DNA of 32,000 nucleotides from Mycobacterium tuberculosis H37Rv (GTDB lineage Bacteria; Actinomycetota; Actinomycetes; Mycobacteriales; Mycobacteriaceae): NCBI RefSeq assembly GCF_000195955.2, contig NC_000962.3, positions 450,001 to 482,000 of the forward strand, read 5' to 3'. Shown piece by piece: positions 18,335 to 25,809 of this stretch (position 1 is its first letter; each line of letters starts with the position of its first letter). The notes under the pieces were generated by a model. It saw only the letters and a program-made list of their open reading frames with translations, ran no database searches and was not told where the DNA came from. The position numbers and the translations under genes were made by a program.

Positions 18335-19594
18335 GTGATCGACGGCTGGACGGAAGAACAGCACGAACCCACCGTTAGGCATGAGCGCCCAGCAGCTCCC
18401 CAAGACGTTCGGCGGGTGATGTTGCTGGGTTCGGCCGAACCCAGCCGGGAGCTGGCGATCGCGTTGCAGGGCTTGGGCGCGGAGGTGATCGCCGTCGACG
18501 GCTATGTCGGCGCGCCTGCCCACCGGATAGCCGACCAGTCGGTGGTGGTCACCATGACCGATGCTGAAGAGCTGACGGCGGTGATCCGGCGGCTGCAACC
18601 GGATTTCTTGGTGACGGTCACCGCCGCGGTGTCTGTGGATGCTCTCGATGCCGTCGAGCAAGCCGACGGCGAGTGCACTGAGCTGGTGCCGAACGCCCGT
18701 GCCGTCCGGTGCACGGCCGACCGGGAGGGCCTGCGCCGGCTGGCCGCCGATCAGCTCGGCCTGCCCACAGCCCCGTTCTGGTTCGTCGGATCCCTTGGCG
18801 AACTTCAAGCGGTGGCCGTCCATGCTGGGTTTCCGTTGCTGGTGAGCCCGGTGGCAGGGGTGGCTGGCCAGGGTAGCTCGGTGGTCGCCGGGCCCAACGA
18901 GGTCGAGCCCGCCTGGCAGCGCGCGGCAGGCCATCAAGTACAGCCGCAGACTGGGGGAGTGAGCCCTCGGGTGTGCGCCGAGTCGGTGGTCGAGATCGAG
19001 TTTTTGGTCACCATGATCGTTGTGTGCAGTCAGGGCCCGAACGGGCCGCTCATCGAGTTCTGTGCACCTATCGGTCATCGCGACGCCGATGCCGGTGAGT
19101 TGGAATCCTGGCAACCGCAGAAGCTGAGCACGGCGGCGCTGGACGCGGCCAAGTCGATCGCCGCGCGCATCGTCAAGGCGCTCGGGGGACGCGGGGTTTT
19201 CGGCGTCGAATTGATGATCAACGGCGATGAGGTGTATTTCGCCGATGTCACCGTGTGTCCTGCCGGGAGTGCCTGGGTCACCGTGCGCAGCCAGCGGCTT
19301 TCGGTGTTCGAACTGCAGGCCCGGGCGATCCTGGGTCTGGCGGTGGACACCCTGATGATCTCGCCGGGTGCCGCGCGGGTGATCAACCCGGACCACACGG
19401 CAGGCCGGGCAGCGGTCGGCGCCGCACCACCTGCCGATGCGCTGACCGGTGCGCTCGGTGTGCCGGAAAGCGACGTCGTGATATTCGGCCGCGGGCTTGG
19501 GGTGGCGCTGGCCACCGCACCCGAGGTGGCAATCGCCCGCGAACGCGCCCGCGAAGTTGCATCTCGGCTAAATGTGCCAGACTCACGCGAGTGA
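18335..19594 (+). CDS. purT: Formate-dependent GAR transformylase homolog (ATP-grasp, PurT family)
   Basis: Clear PurT-family similarity along the whole length (VMLLGS...EVIAVD..., NREG-like ADREGLRRLAA, CAPIGHR...ESWQPQ, FGVEL, GVALA). I chose GTG 18335, preceded by GAGAGGG; the track ORF begins at TTG 18299. Several catalytic motifs look degenerate (see the finding). Confidence 0.85.
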   Translation: MIDGWTEEQHEPTVRHERPAAPQDVRRVMLLGSAEPSRELAIALQGLGAEVIAVDGYVGAPAHRIADQSVVVTMTDAEELTAVIRRLQPDFLVTVTAAVSVDALDAVEQADGECTELVPNARAVRCTADREGLRRLAADQLGLPTAPFWFVGSLGELQAVAVHAGFPLLVSPVAGVAGQGSSVVAGPNEVEPAWQRAAGHQVQPQTGGVSPRVCAESVVEIEFLVTMIVVCSQGPNGPLIEFCAPIGHRDADAGELESWQPQKLSTAALDAAKSIAARIVKALGGRGVFGVELMINGDEVYFADVTVCPAGSAWVTVRSQRLSVFELQARAILGLAVDTLMISPGAARVINPDHTAGRAAVGAAPPADALTGALGVPESDVVIFGRGLGVALATAPEVAIARERAREVASRLNVPDSRE

Positions 19595-20013
19595 GCTACG
19601 CCGGAGATATCACGCCACTTCAGGCCTGGGAGATGCTCAGCGATAATCCGCGGGCGGTCCTGGTCGACGTGCGCTGCGAGGCGGAATGGCGCTTCGTCGG
19701 TGTGCCCGACTTGTCGAGCCTTGGTCGTGAAGTGGTCTATGTCGAATGGGCGACGTCCGACGGGACGCACAACGACAACTTCCTCGCCGAGTTGCGGGAC
19801 CGCATCCCGGCGGACGCTGATCAGCACGAGCGGCCCGTTATTTTCTTGTGTCGCTCCGGTAACCGCTCCATCGGCGCGGCCGAGGTCGCGACCGAGGCGG
19901 GCATCACGCCGGCCTATAACGTGCTGGACGGCTTCGAAGGGCATCTCGACGCTGAGGGTCATCGAGGCGCAACGGGCTGGCGGGCGGTGGGACTGCCGTG
20001 GAGACAGGGATGA
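19591..20013 (+). CDS. Single-domain rhodanese-like sulfurtransferase (Rv0390-like)
   Basis: 140 aa from a GTG that overlaps the purT stop (GTGA at 19591-19594). Rhodanese active-site loop CRSGNRS. The longer track ORF (from 19255) lies antisense-free inside purT in another frame and is Arg-rich. Confidence 0.85.
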   Translation: MSYAGDITPLQAWEMLSDNPRAVLVDVRCEAEWRFVGVPDLSSLGREVVYVEWATSDGTHNDNFLAELRDRIPADADQHERPVIFLCRSGNRSIGAAEVATEAGITPAYNVLDGFEGHLDAEGHRGATGWRAVGLPWRQG

Positions 20014-21230
20014 CCGACGAGTCTTCGGTCCGCACCCCGAAGGCGCTGCCCGACGGCGTCAGCCAGGCCACCGTCGGGGTGCGCGGCGGGATGTTGCGGT
20101 CGGGGTTCGAAGAGACCGCCGAGGCGATGTACCTGACGTCCGGATATGTCTACGGCTCGGCGGCGGTTGCCGAGAAGTCGTTCGCTGGCGAGCTGGACCA
20201 CTATGTGTACTCCCGCTACGGCAACCCAACGGTGTCGGTGTTCGAGGAGCGGCTGCGGCTGATCGAGGGTGCCCCGGCGGCGTTCGCCACCGCCAGTGGC
20301 ATGGCCGCGGTATTCACCTCGCTGGGCGCGCTGCTGGGTGCCGGAGACCGACTGGTTGCCGCGCGCAGCCTGTTTGGCTCGTGTTTCGTGGTGTGCAGCG
20401 AGATCCTGCCGCGCTGGGGGGTGCAGACCGTCTTCGTCGACGGTGACGACCTCTCGCAATGGGAGCGGGCGCTTTCGGTACCCACGCAGGCCGTGTTCTT
20501 CGAGACGCCGTCCAATCCCATGCAGTCGCTGGTGGATATCGCTGCGGTGACCGAGCTGGCACATGCCGCGGGTGCAAAAGTGGTGCTGGACAACGTATTT
20601 GCCACACCGCTACTGCAGCAGGGCTTTCCGCTGGGGGTCGACGTGGTGGTGTACTCGGGCACCAAGCACATCGACGGTCAGGGTCGGGTGCTGGGCGGGG
20701 CCATACTCGGTGACCGGGAGTACATCGACGGTCCGGTGCAAAAGCTGATGCGCCACACCGGTCCGGCGATGAGTGCGTTCAACGCCTGGGTACTGTTGAA
20801 AGGCCTTGAGACGCTGGCTATTCGGGTGCAACACAGCAATGCCTCGGCGCAGCGGATCGCGGAGTTCCTCAACGGCCATCCCTCGGTTCGGTGGGTGCGT
20901 TACCCGTACCTGCCGTCGCACCCACAATATGACCTGGCCAAGCGTCAGATGTCCGGTGGCGGAACCGTCGTTACCTTCGCACTCGACTGCCCGGAGGATG
21001 TTGCCAAACAGCGGGCCTTCGAGGTGCTCGACAAGATGCGGCTGATCGACATCTCCAACAACCTCGGCGACGCCAAATCGCTTGTCACCCACCCCGCCAC
21101 CACGACGCACCGGGCGATGGGCCCGGAGGGCCGGGCCGCGATCGGGCTCGGTGACGGTGTGGTCCGCATCTCGGTTGGGTTGGAAGACACCGACGACCTG
21201 ATTGCCGATATCGATCGGGCGTTGAGCTAA
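20010..21230 (+). CDS. metZ: O-succinylhomoserine sulfhydrylase (Cys/Met-metabolism PLP enzyme)
   Basis: 406 aa. Cys/Met PLP-enzyme family with the PLP-lysine motif YSGTKHIDGQG. ATG 20010 overlaps the rhodanese stop (ATGA at 20010-20013). Confidence 0.93.
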   Translation: MTDESSVRTPKALPDGVSQATVGVRGGMLRSGFEETAEAMYLTSGYVYGSAAVAEKSFAGELDHYVYSRYGNPTVSVFEERLRLIEGAPAAFATASGMAAVFTSLGALLGAGDRLVAARSLFGSCFVVCSEILPRWGVQTVFVDGDDLSQWERALSVPTQAVFFETPSNPMQSLVDIAAVTELAHAAGAKVVLDNVFATPLLQQGFPLGVDVVVYSGTKHIDGQGRVLGGAILGDREYIDGPVQKLMRHTGPAMSAFNAWVLLKGLETLAIRVQHSNASAQRIAEFLNGHPSVRWVRYPYLPSHPQYDLAKRQMSGGGTVVTFALDCPEDVAKQRAFEVLDKMRLIDISNNLGDAKSLVTHPATTTHRAMGPEGRAAIGLGDGVVRISVGLEDTDDLIADIDRALS

Positions 21231-22639
21231 CCCGCTGCCTCTTGCTCGGCGTGCTCGGCCTGTTCGGCGGCTGCCAGCGCTCCTTGTGCCTGCTGTTCCA
21301 TCAAGGTCATCACTAACCTGGCGTAGATCATCTGGCTGGTGATGGCCATCTGGCCGCGGGCGCGGCCCATGAAGGAGATCCCCCAGGCGAACAGGGCTGC
21401 GATGCGGTTCCGATAGCCGACCAGGTAGACCAGGTGCAGCACCAGCCACGCCAGCCAGGCGAAGTACCCGGCAAACTCCAGCTTGCCGACCTGCGCGACG
21501 GCGCTGTGGCGGGAGATCGTCGCCATGCTGCCCTTGTTGAAGTAATGGAACGGCTTGCGATTGGCTGGGTCGTCATTGCCCTTGACCATGTGTTTGATCA
21601 CCGTGGTGGCGTATCGGGCCCCCTGGATCGCGCCCTGAGCCACCCCGGGTACGCCGGGCACGAACATCAGATCGCCGACTACGAAGACGTTCGGATGTCC
21701 CTTGACGGTGAGATCGGGTTCCACGATCACCCTTCCGGCCCGGTCGATTTCGGTTCCGTCGGATCCCTCGGCGATCATCTTGCCCAGCGGGCTGGCCGCC
21801 ACGCCGGCCGCCCAAACCTTGCACGCGCATTCGATGCGGCGTTCGCCGCCGTCCTTTTCCTTGATGGTGATGCCTTTGTAGTCGACCGCGGTCACCATCG
21901 CGTTGAGTTGAACCTCGACGTCCATCTTTTCCAGCCGCCGTTGTGCCTTGAGACCCAGCTTTGGACCCATCGGCGGCAACACCGCGGGTGCGGCGTCGAG
22001 CAGGATCACCCGGCACTCACTGGGCGTGATGGTCCTAAACGCGCCTGCCAGGGTGCGCTCGGCGAGCTCGACGATCTGCCCAGCCACCTCGACGCCGGTC
22101 GGCCCAGCGCCGACGACGACGAACGTCAGGCGCCGCTCCCGTTCGGCATGGTCGGTGCTGACCTCGGCGGCCTCGAACGCGCCCAGGATGCGGCCGCGCA
22201 GCTCCAGCGCGTCGTCGATGGTCTTCATTCCGGGCGCGAAGGTGGCGAATTCGTCGTTGCCGAAGTAGGACTGCTGTGCGCCGGCGGCCACGATGAGGCT
22301 GTCGTACGGCGTCACCGTGGTCATGTCCATCAATTTCGACGTGACCGTCTGCGCTTTCAGGTCGATCGCGTTGACCTCGCCCAGCAACACCCGGACGTTC
22401 TTTTGCCGGCGCAGGATCAGCCGGGTGGTCGGGGCAATGTCGCCCTCGGACAAGATCCCGGTGGCCACTTGATACAGCAGCGGCTGGAACAGGTGGGTCG
22501 TTGTCTTGGAGATCAGCGTGATGTCGACATCCGCCCGTTTAAGCGCCTTGGCCGCATTCAGGCCGCCGAATCCACTACCGATGATGACCACGCGATGGCG
22601 CCCGCCGACGGCCGAGGGTTCACCAGATGAGAGCGTCAT
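21227..22639 (-). CDS. ndhA: Type II NADH dehydrogenase (NDH-2), second paralog
   Basis: 470 aa. Two dinucleotide-binding motifs (VVIIGSGFGGLNAAK and VVVGAGPTGVE). A strong AGGAGG RBS lies upstream of ATG 22639. The C-terminal region is hydrophobic. Confidence 0.95.
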   Translation of the reverse strand: MTLSSGEPSAVGGRHRVVIIGSGFGGLNAAKALKRADVDITLISKTTTHLFQPLLYQVATGILSEGDIAPTTRLILRRQKNVRVLLGEVNAIDLKAQTVTSKLMDMTTVTPYDSLIVAAGAQQSYFGNDEFATFAPGMKTIDDALELRGRILGAFEAAEVSTDHAERERRLTFVVVGAGPTGVEVAGQIVELAERTLAGAFRTITPSECRVILLDAAPAVLPPMGPKLGLKAQRRLEKMDVEVQLNAMVTAVDYKGITIKEKDGGERRIECACKVWAAGVAASPLGKMIAEGSDGTEIDRAGRVIVEPDLTVKGHPNVFVVGDLMFVPGVPGVAQGAIQGARYATTVIKHMVKGNDDPANRKPFHYFNKGSMATISRHSAVAQVGKLEFAGYFAWLAWLVLHLVYLVGYRNRIAALFAWGISFMGRARGQMAITSQMIYARLVMTLMEQQAQGALAAAEQAEHAEQEAAG

Positions 22640-22711
22640 GGTCCTCCTTCAGTCTGGTCGCTGTGGCGCAGCTACACAGTACGACTCCCGTCATGCCAAC
22701 GGCGTAACTTT

Positions 22712-22758
22712 TTGTGGGCCTTGTGGGCCTTGTGGGCCTTGTGGGCCTTTGTCGGGCC
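22712..22758. repeat. 9-bp tandem repeat, TTGTGGGCC x4 plus a degenerate fifth unit
   Basis: Perfect units at 22712-22720, 22721-22729, 22730-22738 and 22739-22747, then TTTGTCGGGCC. It sits in the ndhA / 13E12 divergent intergenic region, starting 73 nt upstream of the ndhA ATG. Confidence 0.9.
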
Positions 22759-22780
22759 GCCTTCGGATCGGACGCTCGGG

Positions 22781-24106
22781 ATGGCTGTTGGGCGCTGCGC
22801 AATCCCGCGCTTCGATCAGGCAGCGTCCGGCAGTGCCATCAATGGCGGCCAGGTACACCTCTCCGACGGCTCGACATCGCCGGCCCGGCAGTTACCTGCA
22901 CCATGGCCGGGCGATGCGGGAGCGGCTGCCGAAGGTCGGGCAGGTGTTTGCTGCCGGGGAAATCGACTACCACATGTTTCAGACGTTGGTGTATCGCACC
23001 GATTTGATCACCGACCCGCAGGTGTTGGCGCGGGTGGATGCCGAGCTGGCGCTGCGGGTGCGGGGCTGGCCGTCGATGACCCGGGGCAGCTGGCCGCCGC
23101 GATAGATCGGATCGTGGCGGTGGCCGACCCCGATGCGGTGCGCCAGGTGCGGGAGCGGGCCCGCGATCGGGAGGTGTCGATCTGGAATTCCGCGGACGGC
23201 ATGGGCGAGGTGTACGCCCAGTTGTATGCCACCGACGCCCAAGCCCTGGATGCGCGGCTGAACGCCTTGGTGGCCACGGTGTGTGCCGGTGATCCGCGCA
23301 GCACAGATCAGCGCCGCGCCGACGCGCTGGGCGCGTTGGCGGCCGGGGCGGATCGGCTGGCCTGCCGCTGCGACAATCCCGACTGTGCCGCCGAGGGGCG
23401 CCCGGTGTCGGCGGTGGTGATTCATGTGGTGGCCGAGCAGGCCAGCGTCAAGGGCCACGGCCAGGCGCCGGCAGCGTTGCTGGGCGGCGACGGGCTGATC
23501 CCGGCCGAGCTGGTGGCCGAGTTGGCCAAGACCGCCGGGCTGCAGCCGATCCCGGTCCCGGCCGGGACCGAGCCGGGTTATCGGCCCTCGGTGAAGCTGG
23601 CGGCGTTTGTGCGGGCCCGGGATCTGACCTGTCGGGCGCCCGGTTGCGACCGCCCGGCCACCCAGTGCGACCTGGATCACACCATCGCGTTCGCCGACGG
23701 TGGGGCCACCCACGCGGCCAACCTCAAATGCCTGTGCCGTCTTCATCATTTGCTGGCCACCTTCTGTGGCTGGCGCGCCCAGCAACTGCCCGACGGCACG
23801 GTGATTTGGACGCTGCCGGGTAACCAGACCTACGTCACCACCCCGGGCAGCGCGCTGCTGTTCCCGGCGCTGTGCACCCCCACCGGTGACCCGCCCGCAC
23901 CCGAGCCGGCCCGCGCCGACCGCCGCGGGCAGCGCACCGCGATGATGCCGCGCCGGGCCAGCACCCGCACCCAAAACCGCGCCCATTGCATCGCCGCCGA
24001 ACGCCACCGCAACCACCAAGCCCGCCGGATTGCCCAAGCGGCCGTCATCGCCACCGAGACCCACGGCCCACCACCCGATCCCGACGACGACCCGCCGCCT
24101 TTTTGA
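22781..24106 (+). CDS. REP13E12-family DUF222/HNH endonuclease-like protein (Rv0393-like); the N-terminal half appears frame-scrambled
   Basis: The C-terminal two-thirds is typical DUF222-HNH: DPDAVRQVRERARDREVSIW..., CRAPGCDRPATQCDLDHTIAFADGGATHAANLKCLCRLHH, and a PPPDPDDDPPPF tail. The family-conserved segment MRERLPKVGQVFAAGEIDYHMFQTLVYRTDLITDP... is encoded in a different frame (see the finding). Confidence 0.8.
   Translation: MAVGRCAIPRFDQAASGSAINGGQVHLSDGSTSPARQLPAPWPGDAGAAAEGRAGVCCRGNRLPHVSDVGVSHRFDHRPAGVGAGGCRAGAAGAGLAVDDPGQLAAAIDRIVAVADPDAVRQVRERARDREVSIWNSADGMGEVYAQLYATDAQALDARLNALVATVCAGDPRSTDQRRADALGALAAGADRLACRCDNPDCAAEGRPVSAVVIHVVAEQASVKGHGQAPAALLGGDGLIPAELVAELAKTAGLQPIPVPAGTEPGYRPSVKLAAFVRARDLTCRAPGCDRPATQCDLDHTIAFADGGATHAANLKCLCRLHHLLATFCGWRAQQLPDGTVIWTLPGNQTYVTTPGSALLFPALCTPTGDPPAPEPARADRRGQRTAMMPRRASTRTQNRAHCIAAERHRNHQARRIAQAAVIATETHGPPPDPDDDPPPF
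23744..24106 (+). repeat. Direct repeat, left copy: 3'-terminal 363 bp of the 13E12 gene
   Basis: Aligns by eye with 25810-26184. There are about a dozen substitutions over the first ~290 nt, then a more diverged tail with a 12-nt indel. Both copies end in ...CCACCCGATCCCGACGACGACCCGCCGCC. Confidence 0.85.
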
Positions 24107-24121
24107 TGAAGTGAGTCCGAA

Positions 24122-24841
24122 TCATCTCGACGTGGACGGGTGCGGCGTCGGGTGGTCGCCGGTTGGCGCAGACCCTCCAGAGGGGAGGATGAGGAGCTCG
24201 GCACCTGCGTCGGCGGCCCTGAGATAGGCCAGCAGGCGGTGGCCGAAGTCGCTGACGTCGTGGATAAGGATGTGGCCGCTTTCTTCTGCCGGAGTCCCGG
24301 TGCCGTTGCCGTGCCAAACGGTTGTTGTCGCGATCGCGACGCCGGTTTGAATGAGGGCCGCTAGCACCGGCACGGGCTCGACCTTACTCGCCGCCCTCAT
24401 CACCTCGCGTCGCTGGATCTCGTCCTGGTCCGGTGAGGACTTGGCGGCTTTGGCCAGCCGAACGAGTGCATGGATATGCACGGGCTCAAGTTGGGAAAGC
24501 GTGGCCACGATGAGTGATGCCGGCTCGACCTTCTGGTCATCCTCGAGCGCGGCGGCGGCAGCTTGCGCGAGGAGCCGGCGCTTGGCCTCCATACTGGTGC
24601 GAGTGGCGGCCTCGATCGCCTGGCTGAGAAGCGGCTCGAGTTCGGGATTTTTGTCAATGCGGCTCAACACGGTGTCCGCGCCGCCGACGCTCTCGCATAT
24701 CTCGCGCGTGGTTGTCTCGGCGCGGTGCCGGGTGCGTTCCTCGATGGCGTCGAACACGGTTTGTAGCGGGCCGCCGACCATCGGGATGGCGGATAGGCCG
24801 GCGCTGATCACGACAGCGAAGACAGGTCTGGGCTCAGTCAT
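24122..24841 (-). CDS. Hypothetical protein, possibly Abi_alpha/DUF4393-like (Rv0394c-like)
   Basis: 239 aa from ATG 24841. The track ORF's 187-codon 5' extension is Arg/Ser-rich and antisense to the next gene. Largely helical, with the pattern PELEPLLSQAIEAATRTSMEAKRRLLAQAAAAAL...LIVATLSQLEPVHIHALVRL, which resembles Abi_alpha-family proteins as I recall them. Confidence 0.65.
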   Translation of the reverse strand: MTEPRPVFAVVISAGLSAIPMVGGPLQTVFDAIEERTRHRAETTTREICESVGGADTVLSRIDKNPELEPLLSQAIEAATRTSMEAKRRLLAQAAAAALEDDQKVEPASLIVATLSQLEPVHIHALVRLAKAAKSSPDQDEIQRREVMRAASKVEPVPVLAALIQTGVAIATTTVWHGNGTGTPAEESGHILIHDVSDFGHRLLAYLRAADAGAELLILPSGGSAPTGDHPTPHPSTSR

Positions 24842-24939
24842 AGCTCGAACAGTAGAGGCCGTCGCGGCAAGGACGGCCGACGGCGTGTTTTCGGCGTTGC
24901 GGGGTGGTCGCCGGACACGAGGAGGCAGACCGAGGCTCG

Positions 24940-25344
24940 ATGGATTGGATGCCGCTCGGCGACTACGAGACTTTCCGGCATTGGTCGGGGAAGCCCCGCG
25001 CATGGGGGCCGCAAGAGTCGGGGTGGCGCGCGTGGTTCGGCGGGAAGATAGTCGATGGGCTCTGCGAGGTACTCGACGAGCACCTCGCGGTGCGGCGTCG
25101 TGGTGTTCCAGCCGCGATCGGCTGCGTGCCCTGGCTGAGTAGCGAGGCGGTCGCCGAGACGCTGCTCGCATTGAGCGTCTTTTGCGTGGTGATCGACAAG
25201 GGAACCTCGTTCCCGTCGCGACTGCGTAACCCTGACAAAGGGTTTCCCAACGTCGCCCTATTGCGGCTTCGCGACATGGCGCCCTCCGAGCATGGCTCAC
25301 GCTGCTCCTCGGCCCGTGGTCGTCTATGCCTGAGCATGAGCTAG
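24940..25344 (+). CDS. Hypothetical protein; possible N-terminal half of a PLD-like nuclease fold (Rv0395-like)
   Basis: 134 aa from ATG 24940. The segment KIVDGLCEVLDEHL...AAIGCVPWLSSEAVAETLLALSVFCVVIDKG resembles the first beta-alpha-beta part of PLDc_2-type domains. It overlaps the next ORF by 19 nt in a different frame. Confidence 0.5.
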   Translation: MDWMPLGDYETFRHWSGKPRAWGPQESGWRAWFGGKIVDGLCEVLDEHLAVRRRGVPAAIGCVPWLSSEAVAETLLALSVFCVVIDKGTSFPSRLRNPDKGFPNVALLRLRDMAPSEHGSRCSSARGRLCLSMS

Positions 25345-25742
25345 GTCCGGTGCGGGCGCTCGGCTGGCTACGAGAGGACCGCAAGCCGCTGCTGAATGCC
25401 AAATTGCTCGTGCTCGGTCATCTGGCTTTGAACGTCTACGACCCCGATAACGGTTACGGCGAAGAGGTGTTGGACTTTGAGCCGCGGACGGTGTGGTGGG
25501 GATCGGCCAATTGGACCGTGCGGGCCGGGTCACACTTGGAAGTTGGCTTTGCATGCGACGACCCAACCCTCGTCGAAGAAGCTACAGCGTTTGTCGCTGA
25601 CGTGATCGCGTTCTCCGAACCGATCGACACGACCTGTGCCGGTCCCGAACCGAACCTCGTGCAGGTGGAGTTCGACGACGCCGCGATGGCTGAGGCGATG
25701 GAGGAGATGGCCGAGCCCGATGATGACGGGGAGGATTGGTAG
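25326..25742 (+). CDS. Hypothetical protein carrying a PLD-type (H>N)xK...GSxN motif and an acidic tail (Rv0396-like)
   Basis: 138 aa from ATG 25326; an alternative GTG lies at 25350. LLNAKLLVLG (N codon AAT at 25395-25397) and WWGSANWT (25494-25517), followed by ...HLEVGF, resemble the HxK...GSxN...E signature of PLD-family nucleases with His replaced by Asn. Confidence 0.55.
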   Translation: MPEHELGPVRALGWLREDRKPLLNAKLLVLGHLALNVYDPDNGYGEEVLDFEPRTVWWGSANWTVRAGSHLEVGFACDDPTLVEEATAFVADVIAFSEPIDTTCAGPEPNLVQVEFDDAAMAEAMEEMAEPDDDGEDW

Positions 25743-25809
25743 CGATGCTGCTTGATGAACCCAAAGGTCGTCACGGGCACGCTCAAAACGTTCTTCGTGT
25801 AATCGGTGC

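Noticed and set aside
18194..19396. 400-aa minus-strand ORF
   Set aside because: It is antisense to purT, its product has no motifs and is Arg/His/Gly-rich, and it begins in the purT body. Shadow ORF.
21227..21230. Convergent metZ (TAA) and ndhA (TAG) stop codons share bases within CTAA
   Set aside because: The overlap is real but unremarkable. Overlapping convergent ends are common in compact genomes, and no structure or motif is associated.
21434..22630. 398-aa plus-strand ORF
   Set aside because: It is antisense to ndhA, which has clear NDH-2 dinucleotide-binding motifs and a strong RBS. Shadow ORF.
22506..22880. Upstream part of track ORF 22506-23105
   Set aside because: This part overlaps the ndhA 5' end on the opposite strand and runs through the 9-bp repeat. 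Only its last ~190 nt carry real DUF222-type sequence, which is covered in the frameshift finding.
22979..24064. 361-aa minus-strand ORF
   Set aside because: It is antisense to the 13E12 DUF222/HNH gene, and its translation is Gly/Arg/Ala low complexity. Shadow ORF.
25283..25345. Short direct repeat (CCGAGCATGGCT versus CTGAGCATGAGCT, about 47 nt apart), considered as a duplication causing the Rv0395/Rv0396 frame break
   Set aside because: Similarity does not continue on either side of the 10-12 nt match, so a tandem duplication is not supported.
24842..25402. 5' extension of the Rv0394c-like ORF (track gives 426 aa)
   Set aside because: The extension is Arg/Ser/Pro-rich, lies antisense to the two plus-strand islet ORFs and has no family similarity. 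The ATG at 24841 gives the coherent 239-aa protein.
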